From positions 71,099 to 135,098 of IMG/VR virus record IMGVR_UViG_3300043436_004687: a stretch of DNA of 64,000 nucleotides; one strand, given 5' to 3'. Below, piece by piece: positions 48,800 through 58,503 of the stretch; the first letter of the stretch is position 1, and every line of letters begins with the position of its first letter. Under the pieces are notes generated by a model. The model was not told the DNA's origin, made no database searches, and worked only from the letters and a program-made list of their open reading frames with translations. The translations under genes were made by a program, and so were the position numbers. This DNA comes from a virus.

Positions 48800-49375
48800 T
48801 TATTTTAGTTCATCAGGTAAAAAACCTATTTTTTTTATTATTTCACTGGGGTCAAATTCAATATCTATAATAGTATCATATTTCACACATTTACCACCAA
48901 AATTTGCTGGTGATGATGTGATTATATTAAGCCCACTTAACTTATCAAATGAAATAAAATTACCTTCTCCAAAACAAAGAAAATTATTTATACTCAACCA
49001 TTTTAATGAATAAGATCTTTGTTTCACATCTTCACCATGAAAACTAACATCCGTATTAATTTTATCATCTAACTTTAAAAGTCTATCAAAATCAACATCT
49101 TTTTTTTCATTATCAAACCAACTTTTCATTAATTGTCTTTGATAATTCACATCCATTATATTTTCAACCCCAGCTCCAGTTATCTCAATTAGCTCACCAT
49201 TTTTATCTGTTTTAACTGGTGTATAAATAACCGTAATATTTTCTTTATTTATATTATATTTTTTAGAAAAATCATTTCTAATTTTTAATTTAGCTTCTCT
49301 AGAATAATTTTCTGTTTTATCAGACCATTGTACTTTTACCTTTGCATTAGGTGGAACCATTAATTTATCTTTCAT
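48800..49375 (-). CDS. SbcC/Rad50-like ATPase N-terminal part ending in IntN (about 28 aa)
   Basis: LKWLSINNFLCF...LNIITSSPANFGGK is the SbcC N-terminus and interrupted Walker A. It is followed by CVKYDTIIDIEFDP (intein block A, Cys1) and a stop. Confidence 0.65.
   Translation of the reverse strand: MKDKLMVPPNAKVKVQWSDKTENYSREAKLKIRNDFSKKYNINKENITVIYTPVKTDKNGELIEITGAGVENIMDVNYQRQLMKSWFDNEKKDVDFDRLLKLDDKINTDVSFHGEDVKQRSYSLKWLSINNFLCFGEGNFISFDKLSGLNIITSSPANFGGKCVKYDTIIDIEFDPSEIIKKIGFLPDELK
48803..48886 (-). other. IntN half (about 28 aa) of an atypically split intein
   Basis: CVKYDTIIDIEFDPSEIIKKIGFLPDELK fits the Cys1...D-T-x-I block A consensus at the extein P-loop junction. Confidence 0.55.
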
Positions 49376-49387
49376 TAATTTAATATT

Positions 49388-49582
49388 TTATTTATTTATC
49401 TTTTTTTCCCAAATTTTATAACCTTCATTATAACAAAAATTATGAAATTCATCACTTTGATTTACTATCCAACTCCCATTATCTAATTTAATTGAACCAC
49501 CATTTTTATTTATGTACCAACTAATAAAATCATTATTTGATGAAAATAAACGCATGCAAAAGTATTTTAAATATTTACTCAT
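49388..49582 (-). CDS. hypothetical protein
   Basis: 64-aa ORF. Confidence 0.3.
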   Translation of the reverse strand: MSKYLKYFCMRLFSSNNDFISWYINKNGGSIKLDNGSWIVNQSDEFHNFCYNEGYKIWEKKINK

Positions 49583-49760
49583 CTTTTTCTATTTTAAAAC
49601 CACAAGATTCACACTTACCATATTTTTCGGAACATTCTAAGCATATTTTATCACAAGGGATATGTGCAGTAGATACTTCTGTATCACACAATTCACATTT
49701 ACCATAAGAAAATGCATGTAATACTATTTTATTTTTACAAGAGCTGCAATAGTTACTCAT
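49575..49760 (-). CDS. small zinc-ribbon protein
   Basis: 61 aa with CSSC...CELC...CDKICLEC...CESCG. Confidence 0.35.
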   Translation of the reverse strand: MSNYCSSCKNKIVLHAFSYGKCELCDTEVSTAHIPCDKICLECSEKYGKCESCGFKIEKDE

Positions 49761-50192
49761 TATTTAATTTCATATTTAATAACATCAAATATTGGTTCGA
49801 ATTTTGATGTTTCCTTATTTAACTTTAAAGCCATATATGTACCCGCTGGACCATCATTTATATATCCAGGTATGTAATAATTAATATAATACATAGAATT
49901 ATTACTATCTTCAATAAAACAATATTTATAATAAAGTTTAGCTATGACATTCTTAATAACTTTCATATTATTTATTGGTTAGGATTTCTTTATTATTTTC
50001 AATATCCTCAACAGATTTAACCTTAAAATTATAAAAACCAAAGTTTGTTTCTATATTATGTTCAGTAAATTCTCTACTTTCAACATCCCAACTTAAAAAC
50101 CCATGATTACCAACAGATTCCCCAAAATTGTTTTGTAAAAGACTACCGCTAAAACAAATAGGTGTTAATTTTTTTATTTTAATTTTTTTCAT
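49760..50192 (-). CDS. SbcD/Mre11-like nuclease C-terminal portion, in two frames (49968..50192 and 49760..49966), possibly frameshifted
   Basis: LTPICFSGSLLQNNFGE matches the SbcD PIRYSGSPLPLSF motif that follows the GHxH phosphoesterase motif. The next ORF abuts it with a 2-nt offset. Confidence 0.45.
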
Positions 50193-50196
50193 ATTT

Positions 50197-51081
50197 TTAT
50201 ACTGTTAAATTATTAAACCAATTAATAACTTCTTTATTTTTATTATCATAACCCATAAAATTAATTTTATATCTAATATTTAAACTATTGAAATAAAGTA
50301 AAGAAGCCTCACATTTTAATTTAAAATTATTAATATTAATTATATAACCTTTTACTTCTTCCATTATTTTAGTACCATCTTTATTAATAATTAAAAAATC
50401 TGGTAAATATCTTTTTACTTTATTATCTTCAATATATTTAATTACATGACCATGTTTTTTTGTCCAAAAAATAACCTCATCATCTAAATCTAATTCATTC
50501 ATCCTTTTCTCTTCAAAAGATGAATGATAATATTCTTTAACATTTGTTTTTTTATTATCATAATACCCTCTTTTAAAATTATTTGAACCAATAACCCCAT
50601 TTTCAGATATTCGTTTAATATTAGCTATTGAAATTTTATTTCTAAATTCATCATTTTGAAAATCAAAACTACCATCTTCAGTTCTATGCCTATCTAAGAA
50701 TGCTAAATGTTTCACTAATCTTTCAGGAGTTTCCCAACTTTCTGTTATTTTTTTACTTATTAACAACCTCATATCAGCATTATGGAAACCCCATTTATTT
50801 TCTCTACCAAAATTACCATTATTTTCACCTAACTGATAATATTTTTGCCAATTTATTTGACAACTTATTGAACAAAATTTACGTTTAGCTGTGATTGTGG
50901 TTTCAAATATATTAGTACAACCAGTGTATTCACATTGTTTATTAATTCTTTCTAATTTTTTATTAGATTGCCCACAAATTCTGGAACAATATTTTTGTTT
51001 TGTTTTATAAGTTTTAAATTCTAATTTACAAGATTCACAAGTTTTTATCATATTTATATCTTTATTTATAAATATCACCAA
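50197..51081 (-). CDS. free-standing homing endonuclease-like protein (Cys-rich N-terminus + PD-(D/E)xK-like C-terminus) inserted within the sbcD gene
   Basis: Multiple CxxC pairs in the N-terminus. The C-terminal YLPDFLIINKDGTKIMEEVKG resembles a PD-x(n)-E-x-K motif. Confidence 0.45.
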   Translation of the reverse strand: MVIFINKDINMIKTCESCKLEFKTYKTKQKYCSRICGQSNKKLERINKQCEYTGCTNIFETTITAKRKFCSISCQINWQKYYQLGENNGNFGRENKWGFHNADMRLLISKKITESWETPERLVKHLAFLDRHRTEDGSFDFQNDEFRNKISIANIKRISENGVIGSNNFKRGYYDNKKTNVKEYYHSSFEEKRMNELDLDDEVIFWTKKHGHVIKYIEDNKVKRYLPDFLIINKDGTKIMEEVKGYIININNFKLKCEASLLYFNSLNIRYKINFMGYDNKNKEVINWFNNLTV

Positions 51082-51097
51082 AAAAAACTAAATCACA

Positions 51098-51784
51098 TTA
51101 ATTATCAATTAACCACCCATCTTTTATATATTGTTTTAACTCATTTTCATCAATTTCTTTAGTTTGTTTATAATAAAAATTTTGCCTTTTATGAATATCA
51201 CCAAGCATTACGATATCACAACCCTCAAAATGTTCTAATGAAGTTGCGTGCTCAAATTCATAACCAATATCTGTTTTTGCACCTAATATTGGCCCATGAA
51301 AAAGTCCTATTGTAGTATATTCACCCTTATTATTAATTTTAAAAGCTTCAATATCTGGTCTTTCATTATCCTGAAAAATGGAATAATTTGCCCAGATAAT
51401 ATTATCATCCAAATAACATTCACTATCTTTAAAATAAGAAATGTTTGGGTTGTTTAATAATTTAACCATGGGAGTGATAGAATCCATTCTATCTTTATTA
51501 TTTAGATTTAAATCATGGTTACCAGCCACTATTATAAGTGGCGCAATATCAGAGAGTTTTTTTAAAAATTGAGTACATATTGTTAATTGTTCATTGGAGA
51601 TTATTGTCTTGCTATGTACCAGATCACCAACTAAAGCAATTCTAACTTCACTATATTCATACCCCACCATTAATTCTTTTAATTTAAGATATAAATCATC
51701 AAATACTTCTTGAAACTCTTTATGTAAGACATAGGTTCTGATATGGATATCACTAATGTGAAAAATTAATTTTACTTTATTCAT
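51098..51784 (-). CDS. SbcD/Mre11-like metallophosphoesterase nuclease, N-terminal catalytic part
   Basis: Motifs HISDIH (DxH), VGDLVH, AGNHDL (GNHD), GLFHG, GDIHKRQ (GHxH-like). The ORF ends right after the last motif. Confidence 0.65.
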   Translation of the reverse strand: MNKVKLIFHISDIHIRTYVLHKEFQEVFDDLYLKLKELMVGYEYSEVRIALVGDLVHSKTIISNEQLTICTQFLKKLSDIAPLIIVAGNHDLNLNNKDRMDSITPMVKLLNNPNISYFKDSECYLDDNIIWANYSIFQDNERPDIEAFKINNKGEYTTIGLFHGPILGAKTDIGYEFEHATSLEHFEGCDIVMLGDIHKRQNFYYKQTKEIDENELKQYIKDGWLIDN

Positions 51785-51853
51785 TTAATATTATTTATTG
51801 CAAATATAAATTCAAAACTAATAAGTTGCAACTATTTATAGTAAAATAATAGA

Positions 51854-52345
51854 ATGAAAGAATTTATATTAAATAAACTAAGAGAGAATTTATTAAAAGA
51901 GTCTGTAGACACTAAAAAGTTGTTAGATTTAGCCTTAAAAAGTTCGTTTGAAAGTGAAAGTTTAGCTAAAAATTATATCACAAAATCAATAAAAGAATTA
52001 AATAACTTACCTGATATAATTACATTATATAGGGTTATATTTGCTAAAGATAAAAATTCAATAAATCAAAAAGAAATTGGTAGTCATTATGTGATGAATA
52101 GAAGACAATTAGAACAAAGTCATCAATTTATTAGTCATGTGGGTGGTGGGACTCCATTTATGTTAACAGTAAAGGCACCAAAATCATTAATTGATTTGGA
52201 AACTACGTTGGAGAACAAAGTAATGTACCCACATGAAAATGAAATAACTTTAAAGAATAAAGGTGTTGGTGCTAAGATAATTAGGATTGACTCATTTCAA
52301 GCGGAAGAAGATGGATTTGATGGATTTGATCCTTATGATTATTAA
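51854..52345 (+). CDS. hypothetical protein (plus strand)
   Basis: 163-aa ORF convergent with the primase gene. Confidence 0.4.
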   Translation: MKEFILNKLRENLLKESVDTKKLLDLALKSSFESESLAKNYITKSIKELNNLPDIITLYRVIFAKDKNSINQKEIGSHYVMNRRQLEQSHQFISHVGGGTPFMLTVKAPKSLIDLETTLENKVMYPHENEITLKNKGVGAKIIRIDSFQAEEDGFDGFDPYDY

Positions 52346-53292
52346 ATTCTACTTTCTTTAAGTTTATGTGCCGTTTTTAAGACATTATAAACCCCCCTTT
52401 TTGATTGTTTTTGGTGAATTAATGATAAGTCCCAATCTTCACCTAATTTAACGATTCTAACCCTATTATATAAATTTAAAGTATTTAATTGTTTATATAA
52501 TCTAACAGCATCTTTATAAGCATCACCATCAAACACAATTACAACTAAACCAGTTGCTTTATATTGTAAGTCGTAAAATAATTTTTCAGAAACCATTTTA
52601 CCCAAATTTATTATTGGGTTAGGGCAAACTATCCCATCGAATGCACCCTCAACAAGATATATCGTTGCATCCCAATTAATCATTGATTCATTAAAATGAA
52701 TGAGTGTTTTTTTAAATTCTGGGTTTAAATATTTAGGTTTACCCCACTTTAAAAAAGTTCTTGCAATAAAAAAATCTAATTCGTTATTTAAATTATATGA
52801 TGGAATTATAATTCTATTTGCAAATTTACCTATTGTGGTAAAACCAATTTTATATTTTTCTATTATATCTGGGGTAATATTCCTAATTTTTAAATAAGTC
52901 ATAGCTTCTTTATATTTTGGAATATTGGGGTTGCAGTTAATTAATGGAGTATAACCCTCTGGTAAAGAAATTACTTCAGAAATTAGTGGTATATTATCTT
53001 CTGTTTTGTAAATTGGGTTTACTAGGGAATAATCTTTTAAGTTTTGTGATGTCCCAAATCTTTTTATTAACTTAGGTAATGAACCACCCATATTATCAGT
53101 ATCATAACAAGACCAACATCTAAATTTATTTTTAATGTAATTTACTTCTAAATTATGTTTACCATCACCTTTTGTTAGACCCTTATTAAATGCACATGCT
53201 GGGCAATCATATTGCAATTGCCCAGAATCCTCATTATGATAATGAGGTTCACCTAAAAAACTATCTAATATATTTACAATTAAATGTGACAT
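52342..53292 (-). CDS. DNA primase (DnaG/T4 gp61-like: zinc-binding domain + TOPRIM)
   Basis: Zinc finger CPACAF...CWSCYD, followed by TOPRIM motifs YLVEGAFDGIV and VIVFDGDAYKDA. Confidence 0.7.
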   Translation of the reverse strand: MSHLIVNILDSFLGEPHYHNEDSGQLQYDCPACAFNKGLTKGDGKHNLEVNYIKNKFRCWSCYDTDNMGGSLPKLIKRFGTSQNLKDYSLVNPIYKTEDNIPLISEVISLPEGYTPLINCNPNIPKYKEAMTYLKIRNITPDIIEKYKIGFTTIGKFANRIIIPSYNLNNELDFFIARTFLKWGKPKYLNPEFKKTLIHFNESMINWDATIYLVEGAFDGIVCPNPIINLGKMVSEKLFYDLQYKATGLVVIVFDGDAYKDAVRLYKQLNTLNLYNRVRIVKLGEDWDLSLIHQKQSKRGVYNVLKTAHKLKESRI

Positions 53293-53622
53293 TTTATTAT
53301 ATTTTATTCGGAATGTATTACGTATATTCCGATCTTAATGGTGTTAAGTGTTTATTTTATTGGTGTTGATGAGTGTGTTTACATATAGGTGTTATACGTC
53401 AGTTTGCTTAATCAAGCCTTTTGGCATATAACATTTAGTGCAATACAAATCACCGAAGCGTGGATGAACAGCAAACTCGTGGTCGCAAACCGAACGTATA
53501 ACATTGGTTTGTGGCAAGTGCGGTTTCTGAGGTTTAACCAACTTTAGTGCTTCTAATAATCTTCGTATCATAATTTAAGTTTTGTACTTTTAATTCCGCA
53601 CCTGACCACAAGCCAAGTGCCG

Positions 53623-53943
53623 TTAGCAGTCATTGCGCAACAACTTAATGTCTTTAACTAGGTTTACAACTGTTTTCATCCAATCTTCTTTAAGTATTCC
53701 TGCATCATATTTTAACACAAATTCTGCATTCTCTATCATGTTATCTAATTCTGCAATATTATAATGCAACGAACTACTAACAGCATTTTCATACAATTTC
53801 AAGGCTTGGTAGTTTTTAGCAAACTGAATTACTAAATCAATTGCTTTTGAAAGTTCTTTTGGTTCAGCCATTGTAACTTCTTCTGAACCTTTTCGCCATT
53901 TATTATGGTTTTTTAAAATTTTTATTGCTTTTTGAATTTTCAT
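53623..53943 (-). CDS. hypothetical protein
   Basis: 106-aa ORF. Confidence 0.4.
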   Translation of the reverse strand: MKIQKAIKILKNHNKWRKGSEEVTMAEPKELSKAIDLVIQFAKNYQALKLYENAVSSSLHYNIAELDNMIENAEFVLKYDAGILKEDWMKTVVNLVKDIKLLRNDC

Positions 53944-53989
53944 AATTTTTGTGATTTTTAGTGATTAATATTTGCAACTGTCTATAACC

Positions 53990-54181
53990 TCAATCGTTAT
54001 CCCATATATCACCTATACTTTCAAATATCCATCCTAAACAATCCCCAAACCAATCTAATAGCATTAGTTCTATTAGAAAGTTTATAAATCCTGTGTATGG
54101 TGCAAACATCACCCTGATAATTCCGATTAGGATAATTATTCCAAGTATCATTAACCCTATTGTCATTAAAATTTCCATCAC
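53990..54181 (-). CDS. hypothetical small membrane protein (holin-like size)
   Basis: 63 aa with two TM helices and an acidic C-terminus. Confidence 0.35.
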   Translation of the reverse strand: MMEILMTIGLMILGIIILIGIIRVMFAPYTGFINFLIELMLLDWFGDCLGWIFESIGDIWDND

Positions 54182-54225
54182 TAAAATAAGTTTTTAATTT
54201 GGTTTTACATTAATAAGTTTGGATT

Positions 54226-54384
54226 TTAATTCCCTCTAATTTGCACATCTTTTAAGGAATGTAAACATTGTTCTAACCAATCTTCACCATATTTTTCACC
54301 CATCGAGATTTCTATCCATTGTTTACCGCAAATCTTTTTATGGTTAAATAAAAAGTTAAATATTGTTTTTAAAGTATTTTTCAT
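54226..54384 (-). CDS. hypothetical protein (start adjusted to an internal Met downstream of the promoter motif)
   Basis: The motif tgcaaatatat at 54400-54410 lies inside the listed ORF 54226..54441. Confidence 0.3.
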   Translation of the reverse strand: MKNTLKTIFNFLFNHKKICGKQWIEISMGEKYGEDWLEQCLHSLKDVQIRGN

Positions 54385-54427
54385 AATTAAATAATTTATG
54401 CAAATATATAAAAATAATTCTAATAAA

Positions 54428-54462
54428 CAAAAAAAATCCACTAATATTACATTAGTGGATTT
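54428..54462 (-). terminator. rho-independent terminator (atccactaat/attagtggat)
   Basis: Perfect 10-bp inverted repeat with a 5-nt loop. It is preceded on plus by A8 (a U-run on minus) and lies downstream of the gene at 54488..55141. Confidence 0.55.
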
Positions 54463-54487
54463 AAATATAGAGTTAAATTAGATTATA

Positions 54488-55141
54488 TTACTTCCATTTT
54501 CCAATTTTTTTCATTTGACCAAGCACAACACAATAAGCATCTGATTGATCATAATTTTCTTTCTTTAATTTATTATTTTTATCATAAGACCAATTAATTA
54601 AAGGTTCCAAATCAGCAACAAGATTATATACAACTTCTTTTTTATCAACATCCCATTTATATTCACCAAACAAAGTTGGTTTCATTTTACTTCTCTCTTT
54701 ATCAGTATATAATTCATTTTTTTTATTATATTTTCTAATTTGCATAAGTTCTGGAAAGCCAAAAGCCCTAGCATCATATGAGCTAATATATTCTGGAACA
54801 ATACCTAATAATTTATAAACTGAATTTGATACAAGTGTATTAAACCTAATTAAAATTTCAACAGTATAAACATTATTAGACCTCAATAAAGGTTCTTCTA
54901 TAATCACTTTGGATATTTTACCCTTATAATCAAGAGCTAATTTATTTAGATATTCTTTTTCAAACAATTCAGCCTTTAAAAACAATTCTTCAACCTTATT
55001 CTTAGGTTTAGGTTTAATATTAGGTGAAACGTGTTGTAAATGCATTAATTCACCCTTTTCACCCACATCTTTAAATAAAGAGATACCAATTGTCTTACTT
55101 GAGACATCCAAACCTAATATTAACATATTTTCTTCTACCAT
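54488..55141 (-). CDS. RuvC-family Holliday junction resolvase (phage/Ydc2/A22-like)
   Basis: N-terminal LILGLDVSSKTIGISL (RuvC motif with the first catalytic Asp) and C-terminal DQSDAYCVVLG. Confidence 0.5.
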   Translation of the reverse strand: MVEENMLILGLDVSSKTIGISLFKDVGEKGELMHLQHVSPNIKPKPKNKVEELFLKAELFEKEYLNKLALDYKGKISKVIIEEPLLRSNNVYTVEILIRFNTLVSNSVYKLLGIVPEYISSYDARAFGFPELMQIRKYNKKNELYTDKERSKMKPTLFGEYKWDVDKKEVVYNLVADLEPLINWSYDKNNKLKKENYDQSDAYCVVLGQMKKIGKWK

Positions 55142-55180
55142 AAATTTAATATAGTTTATTTAATTTAAATATAAATATTT

Positions 55181-56341
55181 TTAAATTATAATATTAATTG
55201 ATAACACCATAAATTGATTAGAATTTAATAAAACGTGTTTATTAGTTTTACCGAAAGCAATTAAATTATCATTATCATCATATAAACCAATTTCACTAAA
55301 TCTTAAAACATCATTACTATTATATGTTGGATTTGTTGATGAATTAAACTCACCTCTTTCTATCACACAATTAATATTTTTAGAAACTTCATTAATTATA
55401 GAATCGAAAGTAATCTTTATTAAACCATTAGTATAACCACTTACAATTTCTTGATTTGTGATAACAAACATACCTTTGTCTAAATAAGCAACACCCACAC
55501 ACTCATCAACATCACCCCTAGAATTAACAGTGAAATTAAATTGTTCTTTTTTATTAACAGAGAATGGTTTAACTGTGTTAAATCCAGTTGACCAACTCAA
55601 GTCAATATCATCATTTGGGGGTTTTATTTGATCGGAAAATAAAAAAGCTATTTTATCACCTAAAAATAAATATTTAGAATTTAATTCTGAAGTTTTAACA
55701 TCTTGGTACTCTAATGGGTTTAAATTTTTTTGATAAGTTGAAAAAATATCATAAGTTGACCCAGTTGTTGTTATTTCCAATTTTAAAACTCTACCATCAA
55801 TCATTTCACCATAATCCCCCCTATCTAATGAAATAACTAAAACATTATCTTGATTTATATTTTTAATTGCTGTATCCGAAAAACCACCATTACTATTAAT
55901 TGAAACATCAAACATATATTTTTGAGAATCTGTAATAGGTAAACCAAAACTTGAGAATAAATTAACTAACTCATCTACTTGAGTATCTAACCTATTAATT
56001 TTAAATACTCTAGTATTGGCTGAAATTTCTAAAACACCAAGATTTATTTCATTTTGACTTATAAAATTATTCGAACTTAAATTTTTAAATAAATCACCAT
56101 TATTATTAACAATTAATTTACTTCTAATTGAAACATTAGAAGGTATGTCAGTCGATAACCCACCAGATATTTCTGGAACGTTACCAGAACTCAATTCATT
56201 TAAAACTCTATAATTAGCATCAGAATCACCTAAACTAAATTTAGTAATTAAATTTAAATTATTATTTAGTAATTGTGTTCTACCAAACGTTGTAAATTTA
56301 GTTGTTAGGGTTATTGTTGAAGCACTTGGTATAAAACTCAT
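55181..56341 (-). CDS. putative virion structural protein (Asn/Ser/Thr-rich)
   Basis: 386 aa of low-complexity beta-rich composition, within a block of large late-gene-like ORFs. Confidence 0.4.
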   Translation of the reverse strand: MSFIPSASTITLTTKFTTFGRTQLLNNNLNLITKFSLGDSDANYRVLNELSSGNVPEISGGLSTDIPSNVSIRSKLIVNNNGDLFKNLSSNNFISQNEINLGVLEISANTRVFKINRLDTQVDELVNLFSSFGLPITDSQKYMFDVSINSNGGFSDTAIKNINQDNVLVISLDRGDYGEMIDGRVLKLEITTTGSTYDIFSTYQKNLNPLEYQDVKTSELNSKYLFLGDKIAFLFSDQIKPPNDDIDLSWSTGFNTVKPFSVNKKEQFNFTVNSRGDVDECVGVAYLDKGMFVITNQEIVSGYTNGLIKITFDSIINEVSKNINCVIERGEFNSSTNPTYNSNDVLRFSEIGLYDDNDNLIAFGKTNKHVLLNSNQFMVLSINIII

Positions 56342-56353
56342 ATTTTCTATGTA

Positions 56354-58456
56354 TTAAAAATCAATCGACATCTCGATCATTATTGTTTGACCTGGAACTA
56401 ATTTTATTGGTTTACTTATTTTACCAATAATCACCAGGTTATTAGAGTTATCATAAACTCCAACCTCACTAACCTTTATCAAAGGTGGGTTTGTAATTGA
56501 ATCACTATTTCTAGTTGGGTTAGTAGTATTATTGAATAAACCAGAATCAATTCTAATATCAAATAAAGTTTTGAATATTTTAGCACCAATAAATGCCTCA
56601 ACATTACCATAAAAAAATCTTTCATCACCAAATTGTAAGATATTAGTATTTACCTCTGGTGTCATAGATAAGAAAGTTGTAATGTCGTATTGTGTTGCTG
56701 CTGAATTAACTACATTATTAATAACTTGATTATTAAAATATGAGTTTTGATTTTCCAATAAATTAGGATCAATTGATTGACCAGTGATATTAGTTATATT
56801 TGAACTAGTATAATCAGCTACCTTCCAATTATTTGGGTTAGGTCTATCATTATTAGTTACAATTTGATAAATTATTTTAAATTTATATGCATTAAAACCA
56901 GAATTACCTTGTGTTTCCATTTTTCGCATATAAGGTAATAAATCGGTATCACTAATTCTAAACTCAATATCTTTAGGATTTGAATTATTATTAGTAACCT
57001 TAACATAACTTTGACAATGTAAGCTAGAATTTAAACCACTTAAACCACCACCTAAAAGATAAGTAACGTAAATTGTTTCGTCTTTATTTAATAAACCATT
57101 TGAAGTACCACCAGTTGGATTTGCTAAATTAATTGATAATTCGGGTAGCGTCCAATTACGATTAGATTTATATGATGTGGCAGCAACTATTTCAGAATCA
57201 TCAAAAACAACCATTTTTAATTGTGGGAATACCTTTCCAACTACTTTAGGTTCTCTAGTAATTAATAAATTAGGGTCTTCAATTAAATCAACGAATTCAA
57301 TTTCACTATTACCTACTAATTGAGTTTCACCACTAGCGATAAAACTCATACCCATAATATTACCAGTACCAGTACCACCACTAAACTCTCTTCTATGGTA
57401 CATTAAATTAGGTAAATGAACTTTAACAGTTTTATTTTGAGAATTATCTATATGGAAAAATTCGCCATATAAATTAGAAATTGTGTTATTGGTATAATGT
57501 AATAATGAGATTGATTTTTTAAAAGGGTCTAAAATACCAAAATTTACATTAGAATCACAATTACTAACAAAACTACTACCACTTAAACTTAAATTGTTAT
57601 TATATTCCAAATAATAATCCACCTCACCTAAATAATCTTGTGAACCAAATTTACTATAGTTTTGATATGTACTACCAGTCATACCTGCAATACCTTCCAT
57701 AAAAATTGAATTCATGTTCCAAACGGGGACATCTTCCCTAGTGATATCGCAACTAGAATCAAACGATAATGTACCAGTATCCCAATATGCTGTAGTTGTA
57801 CCACTACCAAAACCATTATATACCTCACCGCCAGAATATATCATCACTAAGGTTTCAACTGAGAATGTGAAATTAGGTAAATTCCTATCTAATGTTAAAT
57901 TATAACCATTAATAGATTGAATTTTAAACCATAAAATTGGATTAGGTTCATTGTTTAAATATGTATCAACACCTACTTTTATTAAGACCAAATCCCCCAC
58001 AGTAAAACCAGAATTCAAAACATTTAAAATTTTAGAACCATCTAAATCATCTGACTGAATTGTAGTGCTAAATTTAATATAATTATTTGAAATATTGGTG
58101 GTAAAACCAGAACCCGTATTAGTAAAAAATCCCCTTTCAGTTGCTTCATTATTAACAGTTAATTCAATAGTTTTTAAATTTGAATTATTTATTGGTTGTA
58201 AATAAGTAGAATTTGAACCACCAATAAAGTATTTTAGATTTGGTTGGGAATCTTTAGGTCTTAAAATTTTAGCATCCTTAGATAAATCAACATCGTTTGG
58301 GAAAGAATCTTTTAAGAATTCTCTAGAATAATTAATTTCAGAATCACCAATAGCCCAATTAGAAAAAGTTAATTGACCCTTACTAAGCAATTCTCGACCT
58401 TTTTGAGTCAATTTAGCACTTATAAATGGATTTGTTTTACTTATTATGAAACTCAT
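56354..58456 (-). CDS. putative virion structural / tail fiber-like protein
   Basis: 700 aa, Asn/Ser/Thr/Gly-rich. Confidence 0.4.
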   Translation of the reverse strand: MSFIISKTNPFISAKLTQKGRELLSKGQLTFSNWAIGDSEINYSREFLKDSFPNDVDLSKDAKILRPKDSQPNLKYFIGGSNSTYLQPINNSNLKTIELTVNNEATERGFFTNTGSGFTTNISNNYIKFSTTIQSDDLDGSKILNVLNSGFTVGDLVLIKVGVDTYLNNEPNPILWFKIQSINGYNLTLDRNLPNFTFSVETLVMIYSGGEVYNGFGSGTTTAYWDTGTLSFDSSCDITREDVPVWNMNSIFMEGIAGMTGSTYQNYSKFGSQDYLGEVDYYLEYNNNLSLSGSSFVSNCDSNVNFGILDPFKKSISLLHYTNNTISNLYGEFFHIDNSQNKTVKVHLPNLMYHRREFSGGTGTGNIMGMSFIASGETQLVGNSEIEFVDLIEDPNLLITREPKVVGKVFPQLKMVVFDDSEIVAATSYKSNRNWTLPELSINLANPTGGTSNGLLNKDETIYVTYLLGGGLSGLNSSLHCQSYVKVTNNNSNPKDIEFRISDTDLLPYMRKMETQGNSGFNAYKFKIIYQIVTNNDRPNPNNWKVADYTSSNITNITGQSIDPNLLENQNSYFNNQVINNVVNSAATQYDITTFLSMTPEVNTNILQFGDERFFYGNVEAFIGAKIFKTLFDIRIDSGLFNNTTNPTRNSDSITNPPLIKVSEVGVYDNSNNLVIIGKISKPIKLVPGQTIMIEMSIDF

Positions 58457-58503
58457 AGTTATTTATTTGTATTTTAATTATAAATAGATAATAATAAAGA
58501 TTA

